IMG/VR virus record: IMGVR_UViG_3300031760_000002
Location: 64,001 to 128,000 of that record
Direction: 5' to 3' (one strand)
DNA: 64,000 nucleotides
Source: a virus
Lineage: Duplodnaviria; Caudoviricetes
In this document: positions 20,301 to 29,588 of the stretch, in pieces
Layout: each line of letters starts with the position of its first letter
Numbering within the stretch: position 1 is the first letter of the stretch
The notes under the pieces: generated by a model
The model's input: the letters and a program-made list of their open reading frames with translations, nothing else
What the model was told of the DNA's origin: nothing
The model's database searches: none
Made by a program: the position numbers and the translations under genes

Positions 20301-20765
20301 GCTGCCCAGGAACGACATGAGCGCGGACCCATTCTCCTCGCCGAGCGCCGCCTGCGCCAGTTTTCCAAGTACCCCGTCGGTAGAAGTGGCCTTTCTCCAC
20401 CCCTCGGCCTGCGGCTGCCACGAATCGGCAACGGCATGGTTGTAGGCTCTCGTATTCGAGTCCGTAACCATGTTTGAGAATCCGGATCTTCCGCTGTTTC
20501 TCAGCGTAAGATTGGTCTTGAACGGAAACACCATCTGGCCGCTGTCGTCCTCGACCATCATCTCCGGGAACATGGCGCCTATAAGATTGCCTATCGGGCC
20601 AAAAAACGAACTGGACTCGTTTGTAGTGTAGGCAAACGGGTTTGCATCCGGGCCATACCCGTGCGTGGACATTCCCGCATCGTACATGGGACCTGAATAC
20701 CCCTGCGGCTGAGAAGCCCCAAGGATAAGCATATGCAACAGCTGTTCTACCTTTTTTTCGTCCAT
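17373..20765 (-). CDS. Tape measure protein (1130 aa)
   Basis: Long helical Ala/Gly/Glu-rich protein immediately after the frameshifted chaperone pair. Confidence 0.75.
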   Translation of the reverse strand: MDEKKVEQLLHMLILGASQPQGYSGPMYDAGMSTHGYGPDANPFAYTTNESSSFFGPIGNLIGAMFPEMMVEDDSGQMVFPFKTNLTLRNSGRSGFSNMVTDSNTRAYNHAVADSWQPQAEGWRKATSTDGVLGKLAQAALGEENGSALMSFLGSDIGAKIGLPIVNQALGYDRGASANVATGRSLGVVAGMQGLYGGTMFGDEQAPRSMGMLDALTGFTDKDSQVATQRDAVAGLISSTTNSMMYDGIVKRQNMHGASEALVGNIIADAIQNGSLDKMLQETGFTGEGLDGKDQSAGNMRDILTNRGNVVREMKTLEARRKEDVEKYKEAQERGDTDAQSQLESEIKDADQRLEEAAKQLKEIDGLVEKAATPLVEAVTGVTSALKDFYGSETESKAALDKLTNGQGSHDKAVADRVHDQVNEIKLLGTMAGIDPRIMGTQLMEVNGALGGGSRLGSRVSGATALNFQNMFARQLFSLGGSTNDKADLMDAQVSRAASYGQSEGSAFATLLEVAKKNGAFAGNEDQLSEIVDMAKTGRREDFLEAKKRLAKLGFGSEEFYEEIANDPEMLAKYASKLTDQERDSAGKLGVQMAQAEDSRMLREGGRNAKQRRLEMALQESGVSVSEIDNAVGGRDYQAIMDQLEGMTGGENMDEGASAAREMMQREFQAAKDKGMSDEEARRVAAENFTAKGYDKLLSDDNRNKIEDTRAASRFSALRDLEYFKDENGNRFALEGNDFLKSVGAVSEDGTLTRSALSQASNSMFDTITQYGDTFRTKDGGKIDMAEIAKKRDQFDKLMKEGKGEEAYALFNEIAGSLDESSQKVLQRSLKGSYRTTDQIYNESVSRLSEDDQKVLADNRAILNDPKKSRKEKEEAQAKIDELMAKSDKEQDLIDRVAGYGDMGKKMAGMNRDDQLAYAEAVEKSQNTNISEEERDKARKEMREYEKKAESASMSDLEKIVQAFQNNDPTKFAEALKAAGTTVEQFQEAIKKVVEAIGGTVSGPEDASAAASTGQSDETWYHSGKKGERNWAGAILSSPFRLLKGASDGLFGDDSILSNALGMGVAAVDYATGNGEAMEGAQSRITGVSSTRQGRDGSGVSGAKIDALCGRLDELISTMKTTGQDKTVRL

Positions 20766-20771
20766 GCCGAG

Positions 20772-20800
20772 ATTATATCAAATGCCCGTCTCCAGTTCAA
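20772..20800 (-). promoter_or_regulatory. Sigma70-type promoter giving a probably leaderless tape-measure mRNA
   Basis: TTGAAC-N17-TATAAT, then 6 nt (CTCGGC), then the ATG. No Shine-Dalgarno sequence. Confidence 0.7.
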
Positions 20801-20802
20801 TT

Positions 20803-21228
20803 TTACGTCTTCTTTCCGCCGAGGACATGTACCTCCTCCTTCTTGGAAGTGACAAGCCTGTCGTACTCCCTCTGTACCATTTCCGGCGTAAGCGTCTTTT
20901 CAAGCTTCTTGAACAGCCGTACACCGGATATCACTCTCTTGCGTTTCTTGTCCGTCTGCGAGGCTATGTACGGGATTGTGGAGAACAGCCTGTCCTTCTG
21001 CTCGTCAAGCATCCTTTGTGCCTTTGACATCTTCACATGGCTGTTTCCGATTATATTTGACAACGACAGGTATATGCTGGAATTTATGTCCAGCATATCC
21101 CGTGTCTCACGGAATCTATACCTGAGGCTTCGCGACAGGAACGAATGCGGGTGTTCGACCGGTATCCACGTCCCTGTGAGTACGGCTTCCTCTAGACCCC
21201 GGTAGACTCTCCGGGATTCCAAAAATTT
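20803..21228 (-). CDS. Tail assembly chaperone C-terminal extension (gpT-like), reached by -1 frameshift
   Basis: -1 frame overlaps the end of the 280-aa ORF at the slippery site A-AAT-TTT. Confidence 0.7.
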   Translation of the reverse strand, partial: KFLESRRVYRGLEEAVLTGTWIPVEHPHSFLSRSLRYRFRETRDMLDINSSIYLSLSNIIGNSHVKMSKAQRMLDEQKDRLFSTIPYIASQTDKKRKRVISGVRLFKKLEKTLTPEMVQREYDRLVTSKKEEVHVLGGKKT

Positions 21229-22034
21229 TCGTCCCCGGCATGCGCTATCATGTTCCAGTACCTGACTTCGAACTCTATTACGCAGTCGGCGCATACGGAA
21301 AACAGCTGTTCCGGCTTTGACCCCCACATGTCCATCTGTTTCTCCCATGCCGGAGGCTCCATCTTCTCTGGAGTCTCAACGAAGTAATACGGAGATGCAA
21401 GTTCCGGGTACTTGACTCCGTTCACCTCCTCTATCTGGGCCGCCACTATGGCCCTCCTGACATAGCTGGAATACAGCTCCCTCGTCGATGTTTCGCCGGT
21501 AATCACCTTCCTTCGTATATACGAAACTATGGCGTTCGTCTCCTCCGCGGTCCTCGACCTGACGACAATCAGCAGCTTTCCTCCGAACTTGGAAAACGTC
21601 TCCCTGTACCTGTCACCGCTTATCAGACACGAAATGAACGCATCCTTGTGCTCCTGGAGTATCGGTATGGAATTGGACGTATCCGGCTTCGACCCATCGA
21701 TCGACGAAGCGGATTCCGACTTCTCCTTGGCTATGGTCGCGGCCTTCAGAAGCGTGTCGTTATCCACGGCGTCCGACACGCTGGCCGAATCCGGCATCTT
21801 GGATGCCTTCTCCGATTCGGACTCCTCCTGCCTGATCTCCTCCTCCGCCTCCCGTACAGCTTCTCGTATGCCCTCCACGAACTCCGGGTTCTCCGGTTTA
21901 TCCGGATCGTCCTCCGCGGCCGGCGAATTCGGCATCGTCGACATCGTCACATCCGACTCGCCGGCCGGATGTTCCTGGTTCAGTACGTCCTTGTCGGACA
22001 GCGTATTTGGGTTTATTACTTCCATTTTGTTCAC
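21192..22034 (-). CDS. Tail assembly chaperone (gpG-like)
   Basis: Acidic protein upstream of the tape measure, ending in ENFW at the slippery site. Confidence 0.7.
   Translation of the reverse strand: MNKMEVINPNTLSDKDVLNQEHPAGESDVTMSTMPNSPAAEDDPDKPENPEFVEGIREAVREAEEEIRQEESESEKASKMPDSASVSDAVDNDTLLKAATIAKEKSESASSIDGSKPDTSNSIPILQEHKDAFISCLISGDRYRETFSKFGGKLLIVVRSRTAEETNAIVSYIRRKVITGETSTRELYSSYVRRAIVAAQIEEVNGVKYPELASPYYFVETPEKMEPPAWEKQMDMWGSKPEQLFSVCADCVIEFEVRYWNMIAHAGDENFWNPGESTGV
21198..21228 (-). other. Programmed -1 ribosomal frameshift signal
   Basis: In-frame X XXY YYZ heptamer A AAT TTT (21228-21222), 6-nt spacer, then hairpin CCCGG-AGAGTCTA-CCGGG. Confidence 0.75.
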
Positions 22035-22037
22035 CTG

Positions 22038-24416
22038 TTAAACTTTGAACTCGGACATCTTGTCGATCTTGAGTGATACGGAATCCTTCAACGCCTCCCT
22101 TGGCTTTGAAAACCCTTCCTCTATGTTTCCATCCCCGTACTTTACGAAGTTTCCGTCCGTGATCGGCCCCTTTCCCGGCCAACATTTCGTCCCATATACC
22201 TCCTTCGGCTCAGGCGTATACGGATTTCCTATAGCCATCGGGTCACCCACATCGTGCATGATCTGCCAATACGGCTCGTACAGCGTGAACGTCCCGTTCT
22301 TCTCCCACGGCTCTATTCCGGAGTTCGTCATCGCCTGCACAGCCGTCCTGAACGTGTATACGGCGTTGGCGCACACGTTGTCCCAGGTATACGGGTCCTC
22401 GATGCCGGAATCCTGCAGAATGGACCATATCTCCTTTATCCCCGACATATCCGGAGGAGAGGCGCTGCCGGACCATAGTATGGGAATCTGGTCTCCATTT
22501 ATGATCATGGCGCCGTCTCCTCCCCAAACCAGAGCCGAGTTCGGGGAAAGAAGGCCCGCGAAATTCTCGGTGGCGAGATAGGTGGTCTCCTCCACTATTC
22601 CGGCTACTAGCTTGGCACCCGTCATTATCGTGTTCTTTCCGTTCAGGAACACGTTTCCTTCCCTCGTGCTGCCATCCGGCCCTCCCCACACGAACACATT
22701 GTCCTCGCCGTTTACATAGGCGTTCTTTCCGCTTATCAGGACGCCGGCCGTCTTCGACCTAAGCACGACACCGCCTATAAACGCCGAAGACCCGGCTTCC
22801 GGCGGGGCCGAAACGGCCGGAGGAGACCCTATGGATTCCACCAGTACGCCTCCCGGAGACTCGTTGGATCCGCCGGCCATGGTGAGCAACTTCTTCGCAT
22901 GCACCCTGGTGTCGCCTTCGTCGGAAGACATTTCTGCCGCCCTTACGCCACGGATGACCACGCTGTTCCGGGCTATCGACACGATATCCTTGTTGGCCGT
23001 AGATATTATGTTTCCAGGCGTGCTTATCGTTACGTTCCCGCCGATCATGGTTATCTCGGAGCCCCAGGCGTCACGGATTATGACGCTGCCGTCCTCGCCT
23101 ATGAACACACCGGCCTTCCTTGTGGCGTACTTGGACTGCTCTATTTCGGTAGACCCCATCGGGTCCTTGTCCTGGTCTCCGGGAACATTTACGTCCTTTT
23201 CGTTCTTTACCTCGAAATCCTTCTTCAACTCGTCAAACCGCCTATACATGGTTCTTTGCTCCCATGCCATGCGGCTCGCCTCTGCTATGCCCCTGGAATG
23301 CGGGTCTTCGACCTTGAACGGCCTGAACGGCTCATGCGTGGTTTCCACCTCCCTGTCGCCCTTCGGATCCCACGGCTCCACAAGCCTTTTCGGAATCGGT
23401 ATCTTGGGGTACTTCTCGAGCGATATTCCACCGGTGCTCCTCACCATGATGTTTCCGCCCTGGCTGCCATGTACGCTGACAAGGGTTTCGTCATCCGTTT
23501 TCGGAGTTTCCCTGGCCCTGACGGTGAACCAGCTGAAGATATTGCCAAGGAACCCCTTCCACCATCTGCTCCTCGGCCTGGGCTCCTTTCCTTCCGTATC
23601 CTTGGGAAGTTCATACCTGGGACCCTCCAGCCCTTTCGTGCCGAGAAGTTCGCCCTGGTACGAATAGTTCCTACCCTCCGAAGAAATGTATCCGCCGTCG
23701 TTGAACTCGGATAGCGCCTCGTGGTTGGTCCACTTGGTAAAATTGGTCGACCTGATCTTTATCTCGTCGTCAAGCCTTCCTACGCGAACGAAACTGTTCC
23801 CTCCGGACAATTCGACGTCGAACAGCGTAGTTGTGACGCCGCAATGGTTCTCGTTTATAAGCAGCGAGTCCCCCGGAACGATATCCTGTGGCCTCTCCGC
23901 GTTCGACCACAACCTGCCGGTGTATTCGCTGCCCTTGTACGGTATATAGTACGCCGAATTATCAAGATACGGGTTCTCGAGTTCTCCGCCCGTAGGGTAG
24001 TTCTCAAACAGGCTTACGGGATCCGAGTCGTTTGACGCGAGATGCTGCGACCTCGGGGCGGACCCTATGATCCATCCGCATGCGCTGGACCCCTCCTTCA
24101 TCAGGACGAACACAACGGTGCCTTCGACCGGAATCTCGCCCCTGGATACTCCGAATCCCTGCGATGTCTGCGAAACAAGTATGTTGCACGGCACCTCGTA
24201 CATTCCGACTTTGACGGAGCAGTCATACCCGCCAACGCCGGACCGTATTACTATGCCCTGCTCCACAATGTACGAATTGCGCTTTCCAAGGAATCTCCTT
24301 CCCTCGGATCCGGTAGGATCGTACGAAACCTTGCCTACGCCCGTCGAACCGGCTATCCTCGAAGCGAGGAGATACGGTGTATAGTCTGGATGGTTCTGTA
24401 TCATGGATACGTGCAT
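22038..24416 (-). CDS. Central tail spike (gp5/VgrG-like)
   Basis: N-terminal OB-fold motif PVEGTVVFVL..WIIGS and beta-helix segment GSVIIRDAWGSEITMIGGNVTISTPGNI. The start may be MIQNH at 24404. Confidence 0.65.
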   Translation of the reverse strand: MHVSMIQNHPDYTPYLLASRIAGSTGVGKVSYDPTGSEGRRFLGKRNSYIVEQGIVIRSGVGGYDCSVKVGMYEVPCNILVSQTSQGFGVSRGEIPVEGTVVFVLMKEGSSACGWIIGSAPRSQHLASNDSDPVSLFENYPTGGELENPYLDNSAYYIPYKGSEYTGRLWSNAERPQDIVPGDSLLINENHCGVTTTLFDVELSGGNSFVRVGRLDDEIKIRSTNFTKWTNHEALSEFNDGGYISSEGRNYSYQGELLGTKGLEGPRYELPKDTEGKEPRPRSRWWKGFLGNIFSWFTVRARETPKTDDETLVSVHGSQGGNIMVRSTGGISLEKYPKIPIPKRLVEPWDPKGDREVETTHEPFRPFKVEDPHSRGIAEASRMAWEQRTMYRRFDELKKDFEVKNEKDVNVPGDQDKDPMGSTEIEQSKYATRKAGVFIGEDGSVIIRDAWGSEITMIGGNVTISTPGNIISTANKDIVSIARNSVVIRGVRAAEMSSDEGDTRVHAKKLLTMAGGSNESPGGVLVESIGSPPAVSAPPEAGSSAFIGGVVLRSKTAGVLISGKNAYVNGEDNVFVWGGPDGSTREGNVFLNGKNTIMTGAKLVAGIVEETTYLATENFAGLLSPNSALVWGGDGAMIINGDQIPILWSGSASPPDMSGIKEIWSILQDSGIEDPYTWDNVCANAVYTFRTAVQAMTNSGIEPWEKNGTFTLYEPYWQIMHDVGDPMAIGNPYTPEPKEVYGTKCWPGKGPITDGNFVKYGDGNIEEGFSKPREALKDSVSLKIDKMSEFKV

Positions 24417-24444
24417 ATTACAAAAAATGGTTCTACGTAGTCAA
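24415..24444 (-). promoter_or_regulatory. Sigma70-type promoter restarting transcription after the tube terminator
   Basis: TTGACT-N18-TAATAT directly after the terminator U-tract. Confidence 0.5.
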
Positions 24445-24484
24445 CATAAAAGATGGGAACCCGGCCATGGACCGGGTTCCCATC
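24445..24484 (-). terminator. Rho-independent terminator after the tail tube gene
   Basis: Perfect 13-bp stem GATGGGAACCCGG/CCGGGTTCCCATC, 7-nt loop, then TTTTATG on the - strand. Confidence 0.8.
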
Positions 24485-24502
24485 ATAGGCGGAGCTGGAA
24501 CG

Positions 24503-24946
24503 CTAGCCAACCTGCATCTCGATGCCCACGAACTGGGCCGTCACATCCTCCGTGACGTATGCCTGGGCGGCCTGGCCACCGAAGGCTACGCCGGTGAGGA
24601 TCGTGTTCTTGAGCACGAGCCTTACTCCCGTTGAACTCTTGCACTGGCCGCTGAACGCAACCACCACGATGTCCTTGGGTTCGCAGACGGTGCCGAACGT
24701 ACCCTTGATGTCGTGGTACTTCGAGCTGACGATCGTATTGCACGTAAGCGTGCCGGCACCGTGTTTGACAGCCCAATACACGGTAGACGTGCCGCATTCA
24801 TAGATCGGCTGCGCCTGCTGCTGGTAGTCGACCCGCCACTGCTGGAGCAGCTTGATCGGGTTGCTGTCACCGATCAGGACGCCCTCGCCGGACTCGATGA
24901 ACCCGTCGCCCTTTTCTACGGTAAAGCCGAAAATGTCTTTTGCCAT
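24503..24946 (-). CDS. Tail tube protein
   Basis: 147 aa directly after the sheath. LLQQWRVDYQQQAQPIYECG..VYW..GTLT pattern and AGGAG RBS. Confidence 0.75.
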   Translation of the reverse strand: MAKDIFGFTVEKGDGFIESGEGVLIGDSNPIKLLQQWRVDYQQQAQPIYECGTSTVYWAVKHGAGTLTCNTIVSSKYHDIKGTFGTVCEPKDIVVVAFSGQCKSSTGVRLVLKNTILTGVAFGGQAAQAYVTEDVTAQFVGIEMQVG

Positions 24947-24987
24947 GTTTTATGTCTCCTGTTGTAGGTTTTTCCGATACGGCCGGG

Positions 24988-27636
24988 CTAGATCTCCAGG
25001 TCGAGGTCGAAGTAGTTAAACGGAACCGGCAGGTTGAGATGAACCTTCGCGTACACATGGTCGCGGTTCACCTCGGACTGGCGCAGCTCCACGATCTCCG
25101 TGCCGTCGGCGATGACCTGCGGTCCGTAGAGGCCCGCGGCCGTGTCGGTCTCGAGGTACGACAGTCCGGTCGACAGCCTGGAACGGATCACGTTGAGAAG
25201 CTCCGGCGTGATGTTGTACTTGCCGATCATCGGAGCGAACAGCTCCGCGAAGTAGTACGAGATCGAGTCGAGGTTCTTCGTGATCGAGAGCTCCGACTTC
25301 ATGAGGTTGCCCTCGCTGTAAGCCGTGGAGATCTGGTGGCGTACGTAGACCTGTGAGCCTGGACGGTCCTGCATGACGATGAAGGTTCCGCCGGCGGCGA
25401 TCGTGTTCAGCTGGTCCCTGGAGTAGGTCTGGTAGACGACCGGGATGTCTCCGATTCCGTTGAGCTCAACGTTGGTGATGGGCTGCTGCGGAAGCACGGA
25501 CGACGCGAGGCCGGCGGCAGCGGCGGCGATGAACTCGCCCGTAAAGGCGATTCCATCGGTCGACGCCACGGACGGGAACACGTTGTACATGCGGCGGGTG
25601 GCCAGCGAGCTGGATATGTCCGCGATGTACTGCACCTGCTGCTCCGGCGTGAGCTTGCGGTAGACCTCGACCTTGAAGTGGTTTCCGGTCTTTCCGTTCG
25701 GGATCATGTCCGGCGAGCAGTAGTCGTTGCCCGTGTCTCCGTCGTCGATCGTTTCGTCCCCGGCGCATTCGTACACCGGCTTCGTCAGCTGGAGCACGCT
25801 GTTGGAGAGGATCTTCTTGACGTAGCGCTCCGTGTAGTGGGGCGTGTCGTCCCAGTCGTCGTCGCTGTTGTCCAGCCAGATCTTGACGACGTCGCCGACC
25901 TTGACGTCCTTGAGGCACTTCACGGTCGTGTTGATCGTGTCGTCGTTTACGTCGTCGTCCTTCATGAACTGGACGAGGTTCGCGCCTTCGGTGTACGGAT
26001 CGCGGTCCTTGAAGACGAACTTCAGGTAGAAGTCGGTCTTGCTCGGGTTGTTCGTCTGGTCGTAGATCGTGTCGGTGGCCGGAGGGGTCTGCGAGACGAA
26101 CCCGACGCGCCACAGCTTGTTCTGGGCGGTGGACATCGACTCGACATGGGCCTTGACCGCATCGATCACCATCTCGTTTCCGGACAGCGGTACGATGAAG
26201 TAGACCTCGTCCGTGAGCGTGGCCTTGTCCAGAACCGCATTGTATCCGGACAGGTCGTCCGTCGGAACGCCGCAGTAGTACACGAGCCTGTCGCCGGAGT
26301 TGAGCGCCGTCATGTAGACGCCAAACGCCAACGGGTTGTCAGGATGGACCGTGCCGAGCGCGTTCTCGACGAGAGCGGCCGACGCGATGGACGTGATGTC
26401 GTCCGAGGCCGCCGTAATGAGATCGCGGTGCTCGACGAACAGCCTCGCGGACAGAACCCTGTACTCCGGGGAAAGACCGGTTGCGGGGTCGGAGGGATCC
26501 CAGTTGGAATACCTCGCCTTGAGGTTGCCCGTGATGACCACGCCGAACACGTCTTCGTCGTTTCCGGCCTCGGTGTCGGAGTAGGAATCCCAGTTCCACA
26601 CATGGCGCACGACGGTCTTCCTCGGGATAAGGACGTTAGAGAACTGTGCGCAGAGCTGGACGGCGCCGAGTATGTCAGTTCCGTCGTCGTTGCTGTCCTG
26701 GTCGTTGCTGTCGCACTCTCCCCTGTCGTACGGATAGACCGGATGGATGGTGTTGTCCTCCTCGGCCTTGAAGAATTCGGTGGTGTACTCCACGGAATAC
26801 TCGTCGTCAGGATCCGCCGGTATGGTCTCGGTGGTCATCGGGAAATCGTCCGGAAGCGTGTCGGCGAGCTGTACGCTGTCGAAGATCCCGCTGTCCTTGA
26901 CGGACTCGAACACCTCGACGATCGTGGACTTGTAGACATGTGGCTTCTCGTCCGTACCCATGTACGGGATCCTGATGGCGTCGCCGGCGTTGATGCTCCT
27001 CGGGAAGTTCTTCATCTGGCCGGGCTTGAGGGCTCCGGTCGGATCGACGTAGCTTCCATCGTAGCTGATGGCGAAGTACGGGGTCAGCTCCTTTCCGCAG
27101 CCGTCGACGCACTTGCCGTCCTCCGGCTTCAGGTAGCAGCGGCACACGTACTTTGTCGCGAATCCACGCTTGTCGCCGGTGAGGGCGTAAGGGAAGCGAA
27201 GCCTGGCGTCGAGGCCGGCCGTCTCCTTGTCGTCCAGGAAGTAGAAGCTTCCGAGGGACGCGAGCTTGATCGTGACCTCGTCGGCGTACACCTTGCTGTA
27301 GTCCGCGTCCGGTACGGTGGCCGAAGCCTGGGCCGGGTACGGGATTACCGGTCTGCTCGAAAGGTTGTCGACCTTGAGCTTCTCGTTCTCGTACGCGTTT
27401 CCGTTCTCGACCGAATACTCGACGTTAGAGGTATCAACAACGGTGCCGCCACCCTCCTGTCCGGACGGATTGACGTAGTCGCCGATGTAGATCTTGGTCT
27501 TCTCATCCGCGACATCGTAGCGGAAGAGCTCGTAGTTGGGGCCGATCACCAATACGTTCTGATTCCTGATGGTATTGAGCTGTACCTCCGAAATCAGTTG
27601 GTTGATCAGGACCTGCGGGACAATGTAGTTAGCCAT
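24988..27636 (-). CDS. Contractile tail sheath protein
   Basis: C-terminal VRHQIST..ELSITKNLDSISYYF..IGKYNITP..LPVPFNYFDLDL sheath domain. Strong C-ending codon bias typical of a highly expressed gene. Confidence 0.85.
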   Translation of the reverse strand: MANYIVPQVLINQLISEVQLNTIRNQNVLVIGPNYELFRYDVADEKTKIYIGDYVNPSGQEGGGTVVDTSNVEYSVENGNAYENEKLKVDNLSSRPVIPYPAQASATVPDADYSKVYADEVTIKLASLGSFYFLDDKETAGLDARLRFPYALTGDKRGFATKYVCRCYLKPEDGKCVDGCGKELTPYFAISYDGSYVDPTGALKPGQMKNFPRSINAGDAIRIPYMGTDEKPHVYKSTIVEVFESVKDSGIFDSVQLADTLPDDFPMTTETIPADPDDEYSVEYTTEFFKAEEDNTIHPVYPYDRGECDSNDQDSNDDGTDILGAVQLCAQFSNVLIPRKTVVRHVWNWDSYSDTEAGNDEDVFGVVITGNLKARYSNWDPSDPATGLSPEYRVLSARLFVEHRDLITAASDDITSIASAALVENALGTVHPDNPLAFGVYMTALNSGDRLVYYCGVPTDDLSGYNAVLDKATLTDEVYFIVPLSGNEMVIDAVKAHVESMSTAQNKLWRVGFVSQTPPATDTIYDQTNNPSKTDFYLKFVFKDRDPYTEGANLVQFMKDDDVNDDTINTTVKCLKDVKVGDVVKIWLDNSDDDWDDTPHYTERYVKKILSNSVLQLTKPVYECAGDETIDDGDTGNDYCSPDMIPNGKTGNHFKVEVYRKLTPEQQVQYIADISSSLATRRMYNVFPSVASTDGIAFTGEFIAAAAAGLASSVLPQQPITNVELNGIGDIPVVYQTYSRDQLNTIAAGGTFIVMQDRPGSQVYVRHQISTAYSEGNLMKSELSITKNLDSISYYFAELFAPMIGKYNITPELLNVIRSRLSTGLSYLETDTAAGLYGPQVIADGTEIVELRQSEVNRDHVYAKVHLNLPVPFNYFDLDLEI

Positions 27637-28367
27637 TATCGTTGTTCTCCTATGTGTTGGTCTGGCAAAACCTTTCTAGACGAGAGTATGCCATATTTTT
27701 TCCTGTCGTGTAAAGCGTCAAGCGTAATCTCCCGAAGTATGGGAGACTCCATCTTGATGCCCCATTCCTCGTTCCACTCCGCATAAAACGTTGCGGCGCT
27801 CTGCCACCTTTCCTTCGAGTCCGGCTGGGCCTGCTGTATCGGAGTTGCCTGCATTTCAAAGAATTTCGTAAAAACGAAATCCCTTCTTATCGGCATTGAA
27901 AAATCGGAAAGAAAGTACCTGGTATTGTCGCAAAGGGCGCACGATTCTCCGGCGTTCCCCCCGACATGGACGAACGAAACCTGAGTCCTGCCGGACCTTA
28001 TTCTTTGGTACACGGCGTCCTTCAGAATCATTCCTGAATCTATCGGAGGGGCCCCTTCGCCAAACGGAGATCCATACTGGACTCCACCAAGTTTCACGTA
28101 GACGGCCGGCAGGAACTCCGGGTTCGACGGGTTCCAGTTCAGCTCGGAGTCTATCCATATGCCGGTCTTCTGCGGATCGGGGTCCCAGCGAACGGCCGGA
28201 GCGCCCATCACATACGGGGAATTGAACCTGTAAAATTCCCTTACAAGTTCGACGAACATCCCGTATAGAACCATGTTTGTTTTCCTGAGTTCGCAGATGA
28301 GCTCGCGTTTTGCCAGCTCGTGTACCTCATGCGTCTCATTCGTTGAAACCGGCAGTATCAGGCTCAT
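27636..28367 (-). CDS. Putative tail terminator/neck protein
   Basis: Directly upstream of the sheath. PAVYVK motif. Confidence 0.5.
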   Translation of the reverse strand: MSLILPVSTNETHEVHELAKRELICELRKTNMVLYGMFVELVREFYRFNSPYVMGAPAVRWDPDPQKTGIWIDSELNWNPSNPEFLPAVYVKLGGVQYGSPFGEGAPPIDSGMILKDAVYQRIRSGRTQVSFVHVGGNAGESCALCDNTRYFLSDFSMPIRRDFVFTKFFEMQATPIQQAQPDSKERWQSAATFYAEWNEEWGIKMESPILREITLDALHDRKKYGILSSRKVLPDQHIGEQR

Positions 28368-29158
28368 TTCGACACCCCCACCGTATATGCCGGATCGGTA
28401 ACCGCTATCTCGCTGGCCACTACCGTCTGGACAAGCGGCACCCTTCTCAGCTCCGCGGAAGATTGGACCTGGGATACGTAATACCTCTTGGCCGACCTGT
28501 CGTCATGTATGATATCGTTCTTCTTGACTGGTATGCAATTTACCATCCTTATGTTGAACGACTTTTCCTCCTGCATGCCGTTTCCGTCAGCCCCCTCCTT
28601 GAGTTGGTGCTGGTTGTTTTCGGTAAACAGGCACCACACCCCGAAAGGTCCCCTGTACGCAGGGTAGAACCCGGTCCCGAGACAGTATCTGCAATGGTTG
28701 TCCCTGGAATGCCCGGTTATCGGATCTAGGCAATGCGGGCACCTTGGACCGTAGTTCGCCACGCTCCAAACCTTGCACTCGACACCAGCCATCTTGGACA
28801 TATGCAGCACTTCCCTGCGCATTATCTCCCTGGCTATCAGGAATTCGTCCCTGGAAAGATCCCCGTACGGGGTCCTGGCATCGGATTCGTAATGGCCGGA
28901 TGGCGTATCCATAACCAGTCTGAAAAAAAGCACGCTGGATTTGTTGACCCTTATGCGGTCTGGCGATTTCCATGCCATCGAGTCAACGATCTCCGGGGAT
29001 ATGTCATGCCATTCGCCCTCCTGGGACAGGGACATCTGAACCCTGTATCTCCATGGCATCGGGTCATTGAACCCTCCCCTCATGCGCCAATGGAAGGCAA
29101 AACCAGCACCGTAGTCTGGCAAAACGTCAAATCTTGCGATAGCCGGGTCTTCCTGCAT
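28364..29158 (-). CDS. Putative head closure/neck protein with CxxC-CxxC Zn finger
   Basis: CPHCLD..CRYCLGTGF and C-terminal KKNDII..RYYVSQV stopper-like barrel. Position between capsid and sheath genes. Confidence 0.55.
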   Translation of the reverse strand: MQEDPAIARFDVLPDYGAGFAFHWRMRGGFNDPMPWRYRVQMSLSQEGEWHDISPEIVDSMAWKSPDRIRVNKSSVLFFRLVMDTPSGHYESDARTPYGDLSRDEFLIAREIMRREVLHMSKMAGVECKVWSVANYGPRCPHCLDPITGHSRDNHCRYCLGTGFYPAYRGPFGVWCLFTENNQHQLKEGADGNGMQEEKSFNIRMVNCIPVKKNDIIHDDRSAKRYYVSQVQSSAELRRVPLVQTVVASEIAVTDPAYTVGVSK

Positions 29159-29162
29159 GGAT

Positions 29163-29588
29163 CTACAGGGTGGCGAAACCCTGCTCCGCATTCATGGACC
29201 GTTTGTTCCAATTGACCCACTCCTTGTACTGCTGCCACAGGCTGGATCCGGCCATATCGTACTGCTGGTATTTCTCCTGGTCCTGTATCGTCAGGCCTCC
29301 GGCGCTGTACTGCAACGAGTCTCTGCGATACTTGTGGGCCGCCATAAACAAAAGGTTCGCGGCTGTTCCGGTGAGAAGCTGCGATCTGAATGGAAACTTG
29401 TCGTAGTCGTACGACCTTATATATGGCGGCTGGTCGTTCCAGAAATCTACGGTTAGGGTCATCGCCGTACGTATTTCTTCCGGCGAAAATTCGAAATCGT
29501 CCAAAAGCTTGTTGGCTTCTGGATCGTTGTCCCTAAGCCAAATCCTTACATCGAGATCCGTAAGGTATGTTTTGCTGCCCTCCGCCAT
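29163..29588 (-). CDS. Head-tail adaptor-like protein
   Basis: VRIWLRD..FEFSPEEI helical adaptor pattern and YSAGGLTI hairpin. Confidence 0.6.
   Translation of the reverse strand: MAEGSKTYLTDLDVRIWLRDNDPEANKLLDDFEFSPEEIRTAMTLTVDFWNDQPPYIRSYDYDKFPFRSQLLTGTAANLLFMAAHKYRRDSLQYSAGGLTIQDQEKYQQYDMAGSSLWQQYKEWVNWNKRSMNAEQGFATL

Noticed and set aside
9009-27636. Tailocin, eCIS or T6SS locus
   Set aside because: Capsid, scaffold, protease and neck genes are contiguous with it, so this is a phage tail.
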